Source: an uncultured Candidatus Binatia bacterium
GTDB lineage: Bacteria; Desulfobacterota; Binatia; Bin18
Length of the DNA: 64,000 bases
Reading direction: 5' to 3'
Assembly: GCA_965214755.1 (NCBI GenBank)
Contig: OZ243979.1
Coordinates: forward strand, 2,691,251-2,755,250
Positions within the stretch are counted from its first letter, which is position 1. The number at the start of each line of letters is the position of its first letter. This document shows, piece after piece, positions 8,943 to 18,874 of the stretch. The notes below the pieces were generated by a model, which did no database searches, had not been told where the DNA came from, and saw only the letters and a program-made list of their open reading frames with translations. Both the position numbers and the translations under genes were made by a program.

Positions 8943-9191
8943 TTGGACTCGCCAAAAATTGAGTATCCCTGCACCTGGTCGTTCAAGATCATTGGTTCCG
9001 ATGCCGCGCAAATAACGGATGCCATAGTCGCTCTGCTTGAGGCGTTCGAATATCAACTCGGCGAATCGCGCCACAGTCGAACCGGGAAATACACGTCGTT
9101 TAATCTCTCCGTTCACGTCAAGAGCGAAGAAGAGCGGCTGGCCATATTCAACGGCCTCAAGCATATTCCGAGTGTCAAAGTAATCCTGTAA
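8943..9191 (+). CDS. DUF493 (YbeD-like, UPF0250) small protein
   Basis: 82 aa. YPCTWSFKIIGSDAAQITDAIVALLE...HIPSVKVIL matches the YbeD pattern (FP.xFxxKviG ... VkmVL). Confidence 0.6.
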   Translation: MDSPKIEYPCTWSFKIIGSDAAQITDAIVALLEAFEYQLGESRHSRTGKYTSFNLSVHVKSEEERLAIFNGLKHIPSVKVIL

Positions 9192-9225
9192 GTAAGAAGA
9201 CATCCGTCAAATAAGGAGACTCCGT

Positions 9226-10455
9226 ATGAAGTTTATGTATTTCTGTCTGCCGTCCATTCCCGCCACTCCCCAAGAACGAAAAGACCTCCGACCCATTGCT
9301 CACCACACCGAGCGCTGGCAGAAAATGTTCGACGAAGTTGCCGAGATTGCGCGCATGGTGGAAGACCTGGGCTTCACCGGCGTCGCCTTTCCTGAACACC
9401 ACCTGCATACCGAAGGCATGGAGATCGGGAGTCTGCCGGTGCTGACCCAATATGTGATTCACCAGACCTCAACGCTCAAGGTCGGTCCTATCGGCTACGT
9501 CCTGCCGGGCTGGAACCCGCTGCGGCTCGCCCTTGAGATTGCCTGGCTCGACCAACTCACCAAAGGGAGAACGCACGTCGGGTTTGCCCGCGGCTATCAA
9601 TCCCGCTGGCTCAATCCCATGGCGCAGAAGATTCACATCGGGGCGACGGTCAGCGATCAGAGCGACATTGATGTCCGCAATCGCGAGGCGTTTGAGGAGG
9701 TCTTTCAGATTTTGAAACTGGCCTGGAAGGATGAGCCTTTTCGGTTCAAGGGCAAACACTACGAGTATCCGTATCCGTATGAGGAAGGCACACCCTGGCC
9801 GGCCCATGAATGGACACGTGAACATGGCTCTCCGGGCGAGACCGATGACAACGGGCGGGTCCAGATGATCGACATCGTGCCCAAGCCCTATCAGAAGCCC
9901 CACCCTACCCTCTTTCAAGCCTTCTCCATGAGCGAGGCCACCGTCCGCTGGTGCGCCAGGGAGAACATCGTGCCGACCCTGTTCATTTCCGACCATGACC
10001 AGGTGCGCTTTTTTGCCGAGACCCATGTCGAAGAAGCCAAGACTGCCGGCCGTGCCCTCAAGTTCGGCGAGTCGCTCGGTGTCCTGCGAGCGATCTACCC
10101 CGGCGATACGCAGGAGGCTGCCAAGAAGATGCTGGCGGCCGGTTTTTGTGGCTATGGCTTTCAGAATTTCTTCTATCATTTCGGCTTTCTCGAAGCCTTC
10201 CGCACCGAAGCCGACAACAAAAAATACGGCGAGGGTCCGATGCCGGCCTCCGAAGCCATCCCCGAACGGATGATCGACTCGAACTTTGCCCTGGCCGGAA
10301 CAACGAGTGATATCCGCCGCGCCATGGATCAGTTGATCGAGGCGGGGAATCCGGAGTGGTTTATCTGGCAGGGGGACCAGGGACTGCTGCCGATTGAAGA
10401 AGTGAAACGCGCTATCCGGAAAGTCGGCGAGGAAGTCCTGCCGCACTATATATAG
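9226..10455 (+). CDS. LLM class flavin-dependent oxidoreductase (luciferase-like monooxygenase, possibly F420-dependent)
   Basis: GFTGVAFPEHHLHTEGMEIGSLPVLTQYV... and LKVGPIGYVLPGWNPLRLALEIAWLDQLTKGR are a typical LLM N-terminal TIM-barrel. RBS AAGGAGAC upstream. Confidence 0.7.
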   Translation: MKFMYFCLPSIPATPQERKDLRPIAHHTERWQKMFDEVAEIARMVEDLGFTGVAFPEHHLHTEGMEIGSLPVLTQYVIHQTSTLKVGPIGYVLPGWNPLRLALEIAWLDQLTKGRTHVGFARGYQSRWLNPMAQKIHIGATVSDQSDIDVRNREAFEEVFQILKLAWKDEPFRFKGKHYEYPYPYEEGTPWPAHEWTREHGSPGETDDNGRVQMIDIVPKPYQKPHPTLFQAFSMSEATVRWCARENIVPTLFISDHDQVRFFAETHVEEAKTAGRALKFGESLGVLRAIYPGDTQEAAKKMLAAGFCGYGFQNFFYHFGFLEAFRTEADNKKYGEGPMPASEAIPERMIDSNFALAGTTSDIRRAMDQLIEAGNPEWFIWQGDQGLLPIEEVKRAIRKVGEEVLPHYI

Positions 10456-10735
10456 CGTCCGCAATGAGGATGCAGTTCCGTAGGCTGGCGCGTTTCACGC
10501 GAGGCTGTCGCCCTGCCGTTCCGCGCCCATCATACCGGACGTGATCCGGCATCCAGCGGCCAAGGGCGGGGAGCCAGGATGCCCGCTTGCGTCGGAATGC
10601 CAGCAGGGATCGGCTGGCTATACGGAATCGTCATTTGCTCTAGGTCGTTCAGACCTCCCAGTCTGAATGCGGCCAGTCACTTGACTTTGAAGAAGTGTGT
10701 GTCGGAGCATCTGGCCTGAGCGATTACCCGCAATT

Positions 10736-10770
10736 GTTGACAGGGACAAGCGGGATGCTATGGGGCAGAA
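10736..10770 (+). promoter_or_regulatory. sigma70-like promoter candidate in 600-bp intergenic gap (TTGACA ... TGCTAT)
   Basis: ttgacagggacaagcgggatgctatgggg: -35 TTGACA, about 18-nt spacer, then a TATGGG/TGCTAT-like -10. No ORF with RBS downstream until hpaB at 11060. Confidence 0.2.
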
Positions 10771-11059
10771 GTATGGGTTGATGCAGAGCCGCACTCGGGC
10801 AAAGGTGTTGCTCAGATCGATTCAGGTTGGGCGAGCGAGTATTGCCCCTGCTCGGCTGTCGGAAAAATTGGGGTGGGGAAACTATGGGAGACCTGCGGAC
10901 ACTCCGGGCTGATTCCTGAACCACCACTCGCTCATCGTATCGATTCAAGAGGAGAAAACCGTGCAACAATCGACACATAAGGCCCCGCTCTTGACACCCT
11001 AGGACAATCCCGGCGGCAACGGTCAGGATTTACCCCAGCCTGACAATGCCCCGCCCCGA

Positions 11060-12040
11060 GTGGTACGCGAGCCACCAACCGGCGAGGAATTCCTCGAAGG
11101 ACTCCGTGACGGACGGATCATCTATTTCGATGGTGAATTAGTCAAGGATGTCACCACCCATCCAGCCTTTGTCACCAGTGCCCGCTCGTATGCCCGCATG
11201 TATGACACGCTCCACGACCCGGAGAAGCATGACCTCTTGACCTACGTGACGGAGCGGGGGGCCCGTTCACACAAATTCTACAAACTCCCACGGACTCATC
11301 AAGACCTGTTCGAAGCCCGGGATGCCATCGCGGAGTGGGCACGCTTGAGCTGGGGCACCCTGTCGCGTGGACCTGACTATAAGGCGGCGTTGCTCGGAAC
11401 TTTGGCCGGCGATGTGGATTTTTATGGGGAGTACGGTCCAAACGTGCCGCGTTGGTATGAGAAGATCGCTGACGAAGTCATGTTCGTCAATCTGAGCCTG
11501 GTCAATCCGGCCGGCGACCGTTCAAAACCGCCGGCCGAGCAGCGCGATGTCTATATGCACATCGTTAAAGAGCGTGACGCTGGCATTGTCGTGCGTGGGG
11601 CACGTATGGTCTCCACCGGGGCCGCCTTCAGCCATGTCACCTATATGAGTCAGTATATCCAGCCGGCTGGGCTGGTTGAGGGCGAAGAGGACTTTGCGAT
11701 CGGATTCTTCGTGCCCTTCACTGCTCCCGGCCTCACCTTCATGGGGCGGTATTCCTACGAACATCTGGCCAAAAAGATTGGCTCTCCCTTTGACTATCCG
11801 CTCTCCAGCCGGTTTGACGAGTCCGATCTGAGCATCGTACTCGACGATGTGTTTATCCCCTGGGAAGACGTGACCGTGTACGGTAATCCTGCGGTTGTGA
11901 ACGGCCTCTTCCCCCGTGGTTTTGCTCAGCGGTTTGCCTTCCACGCCGCGGCCCGGACGGCAGTCAAGCTCGACTTTATCTGCGGCTTACTGCTCCAGGC
12001 GACAGAAATGCAGCAGAAGACCGGCAAGCGCGAGGGATGA
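11060..12040 (+). CDS. 4-hydroxyphenylacetate 3-monooxygenase oxygenase-component family (HpaB-like), N-terminal 326-codon fragment
   Basis: GTG start. [32 protein letters not shown] closely parallels the HpaB N-terminus ([31 protein letters not shown]). Ends prematurely at QQKTGKREG*. Confidence 0.7.
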   Translation: [326 protein letters not shown]

Positions 12041-12576
12041 TCGGTGAGTTGCTCGGTATGCGGCACAACATCTGGGCACTGTCCACAGCAATGGCGGCGG
12101 ATGCCGAGCCTGGACCAGGAGGCTATCTGCTGCCAAAGACCGAGTATGCACTCCAATGGCGTAACATTTACGGGGATACTTTTAGTAAGGCGCGAGTCCT
12201 ATTCCAGAACCTGCTCTCCGGCAACTTGATCCAGATCCCCTCCTCAGCCCGGGATTTTAAGAACCCGGCCACTCGGCCGTTACTTGATCGTTACTGGAAA
12301 GGGGCCACCGCAACAGCGGAGGAACGGGTGAAACTCCTGCGCGTCATCTGGGATTTATTTCTGACCGAGTTCGCTGGCCGCACAGAGGCTCACGAGCGTA
12401 ACTTCGCTGGCGGTTATGAAGCCAATCGGGTCGAGACCTATCAGGCAGCCGAGCATTCGGGTCTGAATGCCTCGATGAAAGCGATGGTCGACGAGTGTAT
12501 GAGCCCCTATGATCTCGACGGTTGGACCCATCCCACTTGGGCAGATGTGCCCTGGTCACTCCCGGATGCAGAATAG
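12037..12576 (+). CDS. HpaB-like C-terminal 179-codon fragment (continuation of 11060..12040 in another frame)
   Basis: GELLGMRHNIWAL...LIQIPSSARDFKNPA...MVDECMSPYDLDGWT aligns with HpaB EKIGEMVAWRNLFWAL...LIYLPSSARDLNNPQ...MVDRCLSEYDQDGWT. Different frame from the N-fragment. Confidence 0.7.
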   Translation: MIGELLGMRHNIWALSTAMAADAEPGPGGYLLPKTEYALQWRNIYGDTFSKARVLFQNLLSGNLIQIPSSARDFKNPATRPLLDRYWKGATATAEERVKLLRVIWDLFLTEFAGRTEAHERNFAGGYEANRVETYQAAEHSGLNASMKAMVDECMSPYDLDGWTHPTWADVPWSLPDAE

Positions 12577-12631
12577 GAAGTTTCGTAGGGTGGGTGGAAG
12601 CTCACGCCTATTCTTCTTTGCGCGCCCGTTC

Positions 12632-13726
12632 TCACCAACTGCCTTTGCGCTGAGAGCCGCCCGGTCCGCTATAGGATGCGGTATAGCCCGGCTCCTGCCG
12701 GAACAAATCTTTCGGAATCGAATGCACCGCCCGCGTCCAGGCGGCGACTAGACGATCCTCAGCCGCATAGTCAAACGGATCTTGCAGCATCGTTTCCTCC
12801 CGCCCCCCATATGCTAATGGATGGTCACGTAGCCAGACCGCCGCCTGTTTGATGCCCTCAACTGGCGAGACAATATCCCGATAGCCGAGCTCTGATTTGA
12901 TTTTGGTCAGATCAAACATTCGGTGGGTCGTCCAGGGTTGTGAGATTAACGGTCTGGCGCTGACGGCCAGCTCATATGGCATCGAAATAATCTCCCACTC
13001 GTAACCGAGCGCTTCGGCACATAGTTGCACGACTTGCTTTAGGGTTAAGACATGATCATCACCACAGTTATACACCTGCCCGGTGGCAACCTCGGGTTGA
13101 TCCACGGCCAACAGCAGAGCGTGAGCGGCGTTGGCAGCAGCGCCGGAGTGGTTCAGCGATAAACCGTCGTCCGGGAGGATGATAAAAGGCCGCCGGTCCA
13201 AGATGCGACGGACAATGGGCCATTCGCGTGGAACAACTTGATAGGCGCCATAGATTTGGGGATACCGAAAATGCGTAGCGTTCGGGTGGTGTTTGAAAAC
13301 CACTTCTTCCGAGCGATACACCCGGTAGCCTTTGCCATCCTCTGCTTCGCTCGTAGTCTTGACCGCGTCCTCCCCAACGGGTACAGGCAGTCCCGGCGGA
13401 TGGACCATATCCGCGTTCATAAAGCCCCGGTAGGCAGGGCCTCCCCCGACCGAAATAAACCGCTCCGTCCGACCGACCATAATCTCAGCCACCCGCCGTA
13501 AGCGGCCGTACATGGCCAGGGTTATATCAAAATGGGAATCACCCAGGACACTCATGAGCGCCTGCTCATCGAACGGGTTGGTATGAATGTGGACCACGGA
13601 TGCGGGAATCTCCTCCACTTCGTGGTTACCCGTGTGCAAGATAGACACCTCGAATCCGCGCGCAATCAATCCATTCACGACAAAGTGACCGGTTGGTCCG
13701 GTCCCGCCGATAACCAAGGCTCGCAT
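12632..13726 (-). CDS. NAD-dependent epimerase/dehydratase family protein (extended/atypical SDR)
   Basis: MRALVIGGTGPTGHFVVNGLIARGFEVSILHTGNHE is a Rossmann GxxGxxG N-terminus. 364 aa, typical of NAD(P)-binding epimerase-like proteins. Confidence 0.65.
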   Translation of the reverse strand: MRALVIGGTGPTGHFVVNGLIARGFEVSILHTGNHEVEEIPASVVHIHTNPFDEQALMSVLGDSHFDITLAMYGRLRRVAEIMVGRTERFISVGGGPAYRGFMNADMVHPPGLPVPVGEDAVKTTSEAEDGKGYRVYRSEEVVFKHHPNATHFRYPQIYGAYQVVPREWPIVRRILDRRPFIILPDDGLSLNHSGAAANAAHALLLAVDQPEVATGQVYNCGDDHVLTLKQVVQLCAEALGYEWEIISMPYELAVSARPLISQPWTTHRMFDLTKIKSELGYRDIVSPVEGIKQAAVWLRDHPLAYGGREETMLQDPFDYAAEDRLVAAWTRAVHSIPKDLFRQEPGYTASYSGPGGSQRKGSW

Positions 13727-13780
13727 GGTCTGTGCACTCCAGTCGGCTTTTCGCTCATTCGTTTCGCTCTATCCAGTTTT

Positions 13781-15574
13781 CTATCGGGGAATCACCGGCA
13801 GCAGGACAAAGGACGCCCGGTCCTCCTGATGGAACACCGTCTGCTGGGCGGACACCACCTGCGTTCCCTCGCCAAACGGCTCGCCCGTATTCAGGTTGCG
13901 GTCGAACTCCGGGAAATGGCTGGAACTGATTTCCAGACGGAGGCGGTGACCCGGCAGGAAGACGTTGCTCGTCGCCCATAGATCAATCGTAAACTGATAC
14001 GGCTTACCCGCTTCCATCAGCGTGGGCGTAGTCGCCGAGTCCCGATAGCGGGCGCGGATGATCCCATTGAGCAGATTCTGCGCATATCCGTCCGGATGGA
14101 CGTCAACGAGCTTGGCCGTAAAGTCCGTATCAACGGCTGAAGACGACGCCCACAACGTCACCGACACCGGTCCGGTGATTTCCAGCGGTTGGATGAATGG
14201 TTCGGAGGTATAGACCAGGACATCGCGGCGCTCTTCGACCGGGCGCTGGTCCTGCACACCCATATCTACGGCCAGATTATTGCCGCCCAGGGACGGCACA
14301 GGATCGTCGGGATCATAGACATACGTGTCTACTTGTTCCTGGCCAGGCGGCACGGTTGATAGTGTCCCGTTCCCGTTCAGCGTATTCGCCCCGCCGTCGC
14401 TGTGCAGGAAGTACCGCACCTGACGCATATTCGGTGGGGGCCAATCGGACAGGTGCTGCCAGCGATTTTCACCCAGACTGAAGATCGTGACTGGCGGCTC
14501 GTCCATAATCCCGTTGTCTACGTCTTTGAGCCAATAATCGAACCAGCGCAGCAAGGTTTCACTCAGGTCGATCAAGGCATTCGGACCAAAATCGATATCA
14601 CCTGCACCGTGCGAAGTCGGCGTCGTATAGGGTAAGAGATGGCCCCACGGGCCAATGATCAGCCGTTGGCCGGTTCGGGCTATCTCAAACTGACTTTTAC
14701 GAGTGATGCTCTGATACGCGGCTGGCCCACCCTCGGCAAACGTGTCGTACCACGAGGTAACATGAAGCATTGGCGTGCTGATCGTCTCAGCAAAACGGTT
14801 CACATTGGCCCGATACCAGTACTCGCCATCGTCGGCATGGGCGATGTGCTCGGCCATATACGGAGCGGTTTCTTTGAGCAATTCACCCCAGTCTCTGATC
14901 GGCAGGTGACGATACCATTCGTCTGTCAGCGGCGTGAACGCGTTCAGGCCCCAGCGGGTCGTCCGCACGCCGGCTAACTCGCCGCCTTCGATATACTCCT
15001 TCATCTTTTCCATCAGGTCTCTGCGGCCCTGGCGTTTGAGCGTATTGAGGCCCTTGAAGATGGCATACGGCACCATCCAGCCCCACTTTGACACCCCACC
15101 GGTCTGATAGATCCAACTGGCATGATAGTCGGCCGAAGCGGAAACCGGCGCCATGCACTGGAGGGACGGCGGCATGGGATCGTTACAGGCAATCAGATAC
15201 TGCGTCAGCCCCAAATAGGACTGGCCGGTCGTCCCCACCCGGCCGTTCGACCACGGCAAGCGGGCGGCCCATTCGACGGCATCATAGCCGTCGGCAGCCT
15301 CCTGAAAGATGGTGTCGTACTCGCCTTCGGACTCGAAACGGCCGCGACAGTCCTGGGTAATCAAGACATAGCCATACTGCGCGTACGAAGCGTTGAGACC
15401 GTTGGGATCGGCGGAACCCTTTTTGCCATACGGAGTACGGCTCAGCAGGACGGGAAAACGCTCGTCCGAGTCCGGTCGGATCACATCGGCGTACAGCGCG
15501 ATCCCATCCCGGGTTTTCATCGGTACATTCTCTTCGGTGGTGACTTTGTATTGTTTACGCGCTGGGACGATCAT
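13781..15574 (-). CDS. CocE/NonD family hydrolase (S15 X-Pro dipeptidyl-peptidase-like alpha/beta hydrolase)
   Basis: Start at ATG 15574 (AAGGAGGGAGCC upstream). RTPYGK, GYVLITQDCRGRFESEG and GTTGQSYLG (GxSxG) are family hallmarks. Paralog at 61953..63689. Confidence 0.7.
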   Translation of the reverse strand: MIVPARKQYKVTTEENVPMKTRDGIALYADVIRPDSDERFPVLLSRTPYGKKGSADPNGLNASYAQYGYVLITQDCRGRFESEGEYDTIFQEAADGYDAVEWAARLPWSNGRVGTTGQSYLGLTQYLIACNDPMPPSLQCMAPVSASADYHASWIYQTGGVSKWGWMVPYAIFKGLNTLKRQGRRDLMEKMKEYIEGGELAGVRTTRWGLNAFTPLTDEWYRHLPIRDWGELLKETAPYMAEHIAHADDGEYWYRANVNRFAETISTPMLHVTSWYDTFAEGGPAAYQSITRKSQFEIARTGQRLIIGPWGHLLPYTTPTSHGAGDIDFGPNALIDLSETLLRWFDYWLKDVDNGIMDEPPVTIFSLGENRWQHLSDWPPPNMRQVRYFLHSDGGANTLNGNGTLSTVPPGQEQVDTYVYDPDDPVPSLGGNNLAVDMGVQDQRPVEERRDVLVYTSEPFIQPLEITGPVSVTLWASSSAVDTDFTAKLVDVHPDGYAQNLLNGIIRARYRDSATTPTLMEAGKPYQFTIDLWATSNVFLPGHRLRLEISSSHFPEFDRNLNTGEPFGEGTQVVSAQQTVFHQEDRASFVLLPVIPR

Positions 15575-15765
15575 GGCTCCCTCCTTGGTATGCGTCATAC
15601 CATTTCAGTTGTGTACACGATACAACTGAGAAGGGCTGGAGCCTGCTCTTTTTATGACCCAGCCAGGATTGACCCCAGAGCAACGGAGCCTTTATGAGGG
15701 AGGAGCTTGCGCAAACCGTTCTTACGCATTGATGACAAAATCGAGATGACCCTGGAGGAACGCCA

Positions 15766-16512
15766 ATGACAGAGACTGATACCCTGTGTGGATGGGGAGA
15801 CCAGGACAAAGTTGACTATTTTGTACAGCGGAGCGCGCTCCTGATTCCGAAGCGCTTTGAGCAACTCCATACCTTGCTTGACCTTTTTCCCTGGTCAGCC
15901 GATGAACCGATCCGCGTGCTCGATTTAGGCGCGGGCTATGGGGCGGTGACAGAGACGATCCTCTCCTATTATCCACACGCAACAGTCACCTGGGTTGACG
16001 GCTCAACCGCCATGCGTGAGCATGCCGAGTCCCGCCTCAGTAAGTATGGTTCGCAAGTCGAACTTTTTCTGCGCGATCTGGCTGACCCCACCTGGTACGC
16101 CGGTCTGTCCGGCCCGTTTCATGCCGCAGTCTCGGCTATTGCGCTGCATCACCTGACCGATGAGCGCAAGCGAACGCTTTGTGCCGAAGTGTTCACCCTG
16201 CTCCGGCCCGGCGGCATGTTCCTCAATAATGACGTGGTTGCCGGAGACCCCGCGTTACGCGACCAGTTTACGCCCTTGGCTGATCGGGTTATCCAGCAGC
16301 AAGTCTGGGAGCAGACAGGCGAGCTGCACTCGCTCGCAGAAATTCATCAGGTACGGATCGCCATGCAGCGCCCCAAGGGGCAGAGCAGCCACATCGCTCC
16401 GCTGGAGCCTCAGCTAAATTGGTGGCGCGAGGCCGGCTTTACGATTGTGGACTGCTATTGGAAGTTTCTGAATTTTGCGATTTTTGGCGGCTTCAAGTCC
16501 TTGGCCGATTAG
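15766..16512 (+). CDS. class I SAM-dependent methyltransferase
   Basis: VLDLGAGYGAVTE (motif I GxGxG), LRPGGMFLNNDVV (post-II). RBS GGAGGAACGCCA before the ATG. Confidence 0.7.
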   Translation: MTETDTLCGWGDQDKVDYFVQRSALLIPKRFEQLHTLLDLFPWSADEPIRVLDLGAGYGAVTETILSYYPHATVTWVDGSTAMREHAESRLSKYGSQVELFLRDLADPTWYAGLSGPFHAAVSAIALHHLTDERKRTLCAEVFTLLRPGGMFLNNDVVAGDPALRDQFTPLADRVIQQQVWEQTGELHSLAEIHQVRIAMQRPKGQSSHIAPLEPQLNWWREAGFTIVDCYWKFLNFAIFGGFKSLAD

Positions 16513-16520
16513 AGCGCGCC

Positions 16521-17918
16521 TCAGTTCGGTGCGATACTCGTTTTGACGAATTCCTGCTCTTCTCCAAAGACAATCTGCCCGGCGGCATCCTGGGCGCGAA
16601 TACGCGCTTCGATTGCAGAGGACAACTGCAAGTTCCGCTCTTGCGGAAATTTGTCCTTGTATAAGTGCGGGCGCAAAAAGAATTCTTCTGGAGTCCGGAT
16701 CACCGCCTGAGTCTTTAAGGGTGCAGGGAACCAGCCGCGCCGCATAAAGTCGGGTGAGAAGAACACGTCCACATCTTTCTGCGACCAGTCTTTGACCTGC
16801 ATGGCATCATGCAGCGTGTAGCCATAATAGTCGGCCTGGGCGTCCCACCAGACCGCAATCAGGTTGTGATAACCACGCTCCCCAAGGTTCGGATTCATCA
16901 TTTGGGTCATCCGCTCCTCAACAAAGATGAGCTCATCCTGCTGTCCGTAGACCTCCATCCGCAGCGGATAAAAGTAGTGTTGCTCCAGCCAATATACCAC
17001 CTTACTGGCGTAATAATCCGGCAGCCAGTCCGACTTTGGGCGGGCTTCCAGGACGTAGGTCCGCACGCCACCATCCGGCTGATAGTGTGGATATTCGTCT
17101 CCCATTATTTTCAGGTCCTGGACGGGAACATCGGTAAAGGTTCCCTCTGAAGTCGCCAGAGTAATGATCGGGCGCGTTTTCGGAAAGCGGACCGTCTCGG
17201 TCAAGACATCGGTTCCCAATATCCGCCACGAAAACTCCCAGGCGTCACGACCGAGCGAGTCATCAAACGTCATCGGCCAAGTGGCCATTTTGTCTTCGCG
17301 CTGAGGTTGCGGGAAGCGGCGGACCCGGCGGATGGCCGGCGAATAGCCAAACAGGTCAGCCTTGGTGCGCTTCTCCTGATCGGTCCGGTAGGTAATGAAG
17401 AGCATTTGATTGCCGTAATTTTCAGGTGGAGAGAGATCCTGCGTCAACCAGTGAGTCAACAGTTCCCCCGGTTGTGCGGTCAGATGACCTATCAGGCCCT
17501 CGGGTTTCCGATAATGCACCAGGACGAGAATTTGTGAACTGGACAGAGAGCCGCTGGGAGTCAGGAGCCCCATGTCTTCGACCTGGACGCAGTTCCAGCG
17601 CGGCATATGCGGGAATTCCATAGCGCGAAAGCCCATCTCCTCCGCCGTATAGGGAGCGCGAAACGGATAGGCTTCGGCCGGCAGATACGGGATGTTCGCA
17701 TCGCGCGGCGTGTCCTGCGCCATATCGATAGCCATCCGCTCTTCTTCAGAAAGCTCAGCCAGCGTCTTCCAGGTTCTCCCCGGTCGCCCGTTCTGGTCTT
17801 CCGCGGCCCACAGGGGCTGCACATAAAAAACGAGGCTGAAACCAAGAAGACCGGCAAGTCCTACGCTGAGGCCGAGAAGATATTCCAGATGGTCAAGATG
17901 CCTGGGCTCACTCCGCAT
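16521..17918 (-). CDS. exported/membrane-anchored hypothetical protein (DUF1329-like?)
   Basis: 465 aa with an N-terminal hydrophobic segment LEYLLGLSVGLAGLLGFSLVFYV. No catalytic motif recognised. The family assignment is tentative. Confidence 0.3.
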   Translation of the reverse strand: MRSEPRHLDHLEYLLGLSVGLAGLLGFSLVFYVQPLWAAEDQNGRPGRTWKTLAELSEEERMAIDMAQDTPRDANIPYLPAEAYPFRAPYTAEEMGFRAMEFPHMPRWNCVQVEDMGLLTPSGSLSSSQILVLVHYRKPEGLIGHLTAQPGELLTHWLTQDLSPPENYGNQMLFITYRTDQEKRTKADLFGYSPAIRRVRRFPQPQREDKMATWPMTFDDSLGRDAWEFSWRILGTDVLTETVRFPKTRPIITLATSEGTFTDVPVQDLKIMGDEYPHYQPDGGVRTYVLEARPKSDWLPDYYASKVVYWLEQHYFYPLRMEVYGQQDELIFVEERMTQMMNPNLGERGYHNLIAVWWDAQADYYGYTLHDAMQVKDWSQKDVDVFFSPDFMRRGWFPAPLKTQAVIRTPEEFFLRPHLYKDKFPQERNLQLSSAIEARIRAQDAAGQIVFGEEQEFVKTSIAPN

Positions 17919-17953
17919 CCAGTCTCTCCTTTCGCTTTCGCAACACTCATGAC

Positions 17954-18727
17954 CTATTGGGCTGCGTATCCCCCGTCAACCGTGAACACCGAACCAGTGA
18001 CCCATGACGACTCATCCGAGGCCAGGAATAATCCCATGGAGGCAACATCTTCTGGCGTGCCCACACGGCCAAGTGGGTGGCTCTTGGCCACACGTTCCAG
18101 GCGTTTGGGATTGGCACTATGGAGAACGTGGGCCATCATCGGCGTATCCACAGCGCCGGGACAGATAGCGTTGCAGCGGATGTTCTTGGCGGCATAGGCC
18201 GTTGCAATCGCTTTGGTCAGCGAAACCACACCACCTTTGGCCGCAGTATAGGCGTGGACATTACCGACGCCTAAGATCCCGGCCAACGAAGAAACGTTGA
18301 TAATCGATCCACCCCCGACCTTCATCATTTCGGGAATCGTATATTTACAGCCCAAGTAGACGCTCTTGAGATTCACATTCAGAACGAGATCCCACATCTC
18401 CTCTTCAAGGTTGGTGACGGTCGTGTCGTGCTTATGCAGGACAGCCGCGTTGTTATACATGATGTGTAAACCACCGTACGCCTCGACCGCACGGTCGACA
18501 GCCGTTTTGATATCGGCTGCATGTGAGACGTCGGTCTCTTGAAACACCGCGTCTCCCCCGGCCGCTTTGACCAACTCTACAGTCTCATTGCCGCCCTCGA
18601 CTTTAATGTCTGTAATAACGACTTTTGCGCCCTCTTGGGCGAACATCACCGCAGCGGCCCGTCCCTGTCCACCGCCGGAGCCTGTAATTAATGCGACCTT
18701 ATCCGCTAATCGTCCTGGCATACGCAT
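17954..18727 (-). CDS. SDR family oxidoreductase (classical short-chain dehydrogenase/reductase)
   Basis: KVALITGSGGGQGRAAA (TGxxxGxG), NNAAV (NNAG-like), and Y...K in YTAAKGGVVSLTK. Confidence 0.75.
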   Translation of the reverse strand: MRMPGRLADKVALITGSGGGQGRAAAVMFAQEGAKVVITDIKVEGGNETVELVKAAGGDAVFQETDVSHAADIKTAVDRAVEAYGGLHIMYNNAAVLHKHDTTVTNLEEEMWDLVLNVNLKSVYLGCKYTIPEMMKVGGGSIINVSSLAGILGVGNVHAYTAAKGGVVSLTKAIATAYAAKNIRCNAICPGAVDTPMMAHVLHSANPKRLERVAKSHPLGRVGTPEDVASMGLFLASDESSWVTGSVFTVDGGYAAQ

Positions 18728-18874
18728 CTCTCCTCATTCGACTGACTCTCTACGCAAATGCGACTGTAATGTGCTCTAACAGAACACGGCGAGAAGCACC
18801 ACACGCGGCCATGCCTTGGCCTTCATCCTCTGACCGATTACGATGAGTTCGCTCTCCGTCTCTGGACGAAAAAG

